Under the pieces are notes generated by a model. The model did not search any database. It worked only from the letters and a program-made list of their open reading frames with translations, and was not told where the DNA came from. Positions 9,286 to 12,930 of a DNA stretch of 12,930 nucleotides are shown piece by piece; position 1 is the stretch's first letter; the number at the start of each line of letters is the position of its first letter. The stretch is from Octopus sinensis (taxonomy: Eukaryota): positions 1-12,930 of the forward strand of contig NW_021826343.1 in NCBI RefSeq assembly GCF_006345805.1. The letters run 5' to 3'. The position numbers and the translations under genes are program-made.

Positions 9286-9321
<36 letters not shown>

Positions 9322-9575
9322 GTGTGTGTGTGTGGTGTGTGTGTGTGTGTGTGTGTGTGTTTGTATGTGTAGGTTTGCATATGTGTCTGTGTTGGTTAAG
9401 TTGTTGATGGCAGTGGTGTTGGTGCTGCTGGTAGTGGTGGTTATGGCAATGGATGTGATGCTGGTGGTGGTGGTGGTGGTGGTGGTGGTGGTAGTGGTGG
9501 TGATAGTGATGGTAGTTGTAGTGTTGGTGTTGGTGTTGGTGGTGGTGGTGGTCGTGGTGGTGATGGTGGTAAGGT
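9100..9575. repeat. Imperfect (TG)/(TA)n followed by (GTG)n
   Basis: Direct reading. Confidence 0.9.
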
Positions 9576-9679
9576 AATGGGTAATGGCTGTCTGGTTATT
9601 GAATTCTGAGGTGAGCTTTAACTCCGTTGATAATTAATTGTATAGCGGCTTTATCGATATATGTTGCTGCTAAAAGCCA

Positions 9680-9915
9680 AAAAAACAAAAACAAAAACAA
9701 AAAAAGACAACAACCGACGGCGGCATCCACGTATAAAAAAAAACACAAAAACCCCAAAACAATAACAATAACAATAACAACAACAACAACGACAATGATA
9801 AAGCATAACATCATCAACAACAATAATAAATACAACATAAATGAATGAACTTGCAATGAAGACAAGATTGACTATAAAGAAAGGAAGGAAGAAAGGAAGG
9901 AAGGAAGAAGGAGAG
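9680..9915. repeat. A-rich low complexity: (AAAAAC)n, (AAT/AAC)n, (GGAA)n
   Basis: Direct reading. Confidence 0.8.
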
Positions 9916-10060
9916 GGAAAATCTCAGTAATATCGTCATTTAAAGTAAAAAGAACAATGGGGGGAATAAATGAAAAGAAAAACGAAAACAAAATCCTACA
10001 CAAAAAAATAAAAAAAAACCTCTAAAATACACAAGAATACAAACAGGCAAATAATTGCTT

Positions 10061-10295
10061 CTAATTCAGGAACAAGACCTAAGATTTCAAGATAAGGTTA
10101 GTCGATACCATCGCCCCCCAGTACTTGACTGGTACTTTATATTAATTATTAATTATCAATCACGGAAGGATGAAAGGTAGCATTTTGACCTCAGCGGGAT
10201 TGAACTTAGAATGTACAGAGCTGGAAGAAAGAACCCGCAAGATATTTTTACCGGCTCTCTAACGATCATGCCAGTTCATCGTTCACAAGCCAAGT
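10061..10295 (-). mobile_element. tRNA-derived SINE family B, copy 2 (decayed)
   Basis: GTCGATACCATCGCCCCCCAGTACTTGACTGGTAC...GGAAGGATGAAAGG...GACCTCAGCGGGATTGAACTTAG matches copies 1 and 3; A-box-like TGGCATGATCG (10273-10263). Confidence 0.78.
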
Positions 10296-10302
10296 AGCGG
10301 TT

Positions 10303-10530
10303 AAAAATTTAAACACAAGGCCAGCAATTTTGAGGGAGAGATGGGTTAATCAAGATCATCGACCCTAGTACTTGACCGATACTCTATTTTATTATCGGCT
10401 CTGGAAGAATGAAAGGTAAAGTGAACCCCGGCAGGAATTGAACTAAAAATTTAAAAAGCCCGTAGAAATACGTAGAAATACAGCAAGGCGTTTTTACCGA
10501 TGTCTTAACGACACAGCAAACTTATTGCCC
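10303..10530 (-). mobile_element. tRNA-derived SINE family B, copy 3 (decayed)
   Basis: CACAAGGCCAGCAATTTTGAGGG (cf. 7240 GCACAATGTCAGCAATTTAGGGG), CATCGACCCTAGTACTTGACC, GAATGAAAGGTAAAGTGAACCCCGGCAGGAATTGAACT. Confidence 0.8.
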
Positions 10531-10540
10531 TGTTGTGTAG

Positions 10541-10735
10541 TTGTTTTTGTTGTTGCTGTTGTTGTTGTTAAGCCCACCCGCACCTCGCCCCAGCCTGATG
10601 GAACAGACCAAGGATCATTGCAAAAAGGGGCCATCTAATCCCCCCCCCCCCATCTGTGTATTCTTACCTAAGAACAGGACAGAGATTTGGGTTCACATTT
10701 TAGGATGCCAAGCAATCACGTAGAGCTCTCTCACC
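10541..10735 (-). mobile_element. Decayed copy of repeat family C with (AAC)n tail
   Basis: (GTT)n at 10541-10569 followed by CAGCCTGATGGAACAGACC (10591-10609), similar to CAGCTCTGATCCAACAGATCC (11120-11140). Confidence 0.5.
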
Positions 10736-10787
10736 GATTCGAAAGAAACCAGGTTTGATTATCTTTATATGCATGTGTATGTGTGTG

Positions 10788-10807
10788 TCTATATATATAT
10801 ATGTACG

Positions 10808-10899
<92 letters not shown>

Positions 10900-10975
10900 G
10901 TGTGTGTGTGTTGTGTGTGTGTGTGTGTGTGTGTGTCTGTGTCTGTGTGTGTGTATGTATGTATGTGTAAAATAT
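10788..10975. repeat. Compound (TA)n-(TG)n-(TATG)n microsatellite
   Basis: Direct reading. Confidence 0.97.
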
Positions 10976-11014
10976 CTTGAATGCAGTATTACAATAACAA
11001 ACTAACCTAGCACC

Positions 11015-11330
11015 TGTTGTTGCTGTTGGATTCGCAACTACCACGAACAAGTGTTCTTGTTGCTATTGCTGGCTGTGTTGTGGTGGTTGTGGTGACACTG
11101 TTACTGTTTAGTGCAAGATCAGCTCTGATCCAACAGATCCTATGATGACCAAAGGCGTTCCAATCATGGACGACCCATCTTTTCTGAATACCTTCGAACA
11201 CAAATTCCATTCACTTTGTATATTTAACTCTAGGGTACGATTTAAGTGGGATTTTGAGACTTCACTGCTATTTCTCAAAGGTCAAGAAACGGGGACTATA
11301 GAATCCACGTTGGCTATAGAATACGCAAGT
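11015..11330 (-). mobile_element. Decayed copy of repeat family C with degenerate (AAC)n tail
   Basis: A GTT-rich tail (11015-11105) followed by the same motif order as the copies at 10541 and 6490. Boundaries are approximate. Confidence 0.55.
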
Positions 11331-12267
11331 AATATTTCTTCTAAGTGACCAGACCTATATATGCTCACCAACAACCTCACCTCAAACCAGTTGCAGTGGA
11401 ACCGTATCCGTGGCGAGGTTGCAGCTGGTGCGACGAAAATCTTGACATCGTATGATAAATATTTCAGTGAAGTTGACAGACACTACGTATTTTAGAATGG
11501 TTAATCTGTCTCTTCTACACCATAATAGTTTTCGTTTCGGAATGACCAGAATCCCGCTGGCTTGAAATTTCGAAGTATCTCCTCTATGGATAAAGTACAA
11601 AAGTACTAAATCTCATAGATAGGATGAGAGGAAGAAAGAAAGTGATATGAATCAAGCAAAAGAGACGACTTATTTTCTTCCTTCCTTCTTTCTATCTTTC
11701 TTTTTCTTTATATTTATTATTGTTATTATCTATTTTTTAGAATGTGGTGAGGAAATTCTAGAATATAATCATTTGTTTGTAATGTGTTCTGTTCATATAT
11801 TGTTCATGGTCGAAAAGATATGAGTTGATAGCTAGCAAAGCAGAGCGATTTGCTTCGTCCAAAGTCCAAAAGTCCCTAGCGTAGAGGTGAGTTAATCTCC
11901 ACATAATCCCACCCACTTTGTTCTAATAAAACAAAAGCAGATCTTTTACTTGTTATGTTTAGGTTACATTATAGATGGCGCTGCTGTAGTCTCTATGAAT
12001 GACACGACCAAACAGTAAATATGCGAACGTGTAAAACAAGTCATGGCGATAACGTCCTTTGACTGCAACATACGTGATTTTATTCCTTGTGTAAATAAAG
12101 ATCTGGCGGTGCAGATAACCGTAAAAAGGGATCCTTTAACTGAGTGGAGGTCACAATAAAATGTGCTTTGGGGTCGAAAGGCTTCAGTTATCGACCCACT
12201 ACGGTCTTTTATGGTATTCCTAATTCGATCCCACAAACACATGAGATCCGCTTGACGAGGTAATTAT

Positions 12268-12430
12268 ATTTATGTAGTGTATGTATTGTATGTATGTATG
12301 TATGTATGTATATATTTACGTACGTACATACGTAAGTATGTACGTATGCATATCAGTACGTGTGCGTATGTGTGTGTGTATGTGTGTGTATGTGTGTGTA
12401 TGTGTGTGTATATATGTATCCACATACATG
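12268..12430. repeat. (TATG)n and (GTATGTGTGT)x4 array
   Basis: Direct reading. Confidence 0.9.
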
Positions 12431-12532
12431 TCTGTGTACGCTTATACGTAGTAATGAGTATGTTGCAGCATAGATGTTTCTTCTATGACAATTCAAATGC
12501 TTCGGCACGCATGCGTGTCTTCGAACGTAGAT

Positions 12533-12862
12533 ACACACACACACACAGTCTCTCTCTCTCTTCCTCTCTTCCTCTCTCTCCCCTTTTCTCTCTCTCTTCC
12601 TCTCTCCACCCTTCCTCTCTCTTTCTCTGTTCCTCTCTCTCCCCTTCCTCTCTCTCTTTCTCTCCACCTTCCTCTCTCTCTCTTCCTCTCTCGTTCCTCT
12701 CTTTCTTCCACTCTCTCTATCACATACACGCACACACACAGTCTCTCTCTCCTCCCCACACACATACATACACGTACATACATACATACATACATGCATA
12801 CATACATACATACATACATGCATACATACATACATACATACATACATACATACATACATACA

Positions 12863-12892
<30 letters not shown>
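12533..12892. repeat. (CA)n - imperfect (CT)n polypyrimidine tract - (CA)n - (TACA)n
   Basis: Direct reading; CT-rich at about 12549-12718 and TACA at about 12775-12890. Confidence 0.95.
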
Positions 12893-12893
<1 letters not shown>

Positions 12894-12930
12894 CTTATCA
12901 GACTGTATACCAATTGCATAGTTTGTTTTC

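Noticed and set aside
11964-12242. 92-aa minus-strand ORF, and plus-strand YIIDGAAVV motif
   Set aside because: No family match I can support. The plus-strand frame stops after 17 codons, and ORFs of this length are expected by chance.
542-12921. ORF-track proteins (poly-I, L, E, R, V; VC, YI, YLSI, HT and RE repeats)
   Set aside because: They are translations of microsatellites, which lack stops by composition. They often overlap on both strands and contain no recognisable domain.

Overview
Eukaryotic, AT-rich, repeat-dominated DNA with no supportable protein-coding gene. The density of compound microsatellites and the SINE sequences resemble octopus (coleoid cephalopod) genomic DNA; this is recognition from memory, not a database result. 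Nearly all ORFs in the track are microsatellite or low-complexity artefacts, and the few in complex sequence match no protein family I recognise. Supportable content: (i) a ~65 bp inverted repeat at 396-597 enclosing a hammerhead-ribozyme-like motif with an apparent C3G/G8C swapped core, an arrangement reminiscent of Penelope-like element pLTRs; (ii) one near-complete tRNA-derived SINE on the minus strand (5335-5739) and three decayed copies of a second tRNA-SINE family that share a central module with it; (iii) three decayed copies of a third repeat with an (AAC)n-type tail; (iv) many microsatellites, including a pure (GAA)54 and several fold-back (self-complementary) compound arrays. A weak candidate non-coding exon/intron structure lies at 11741-12259.
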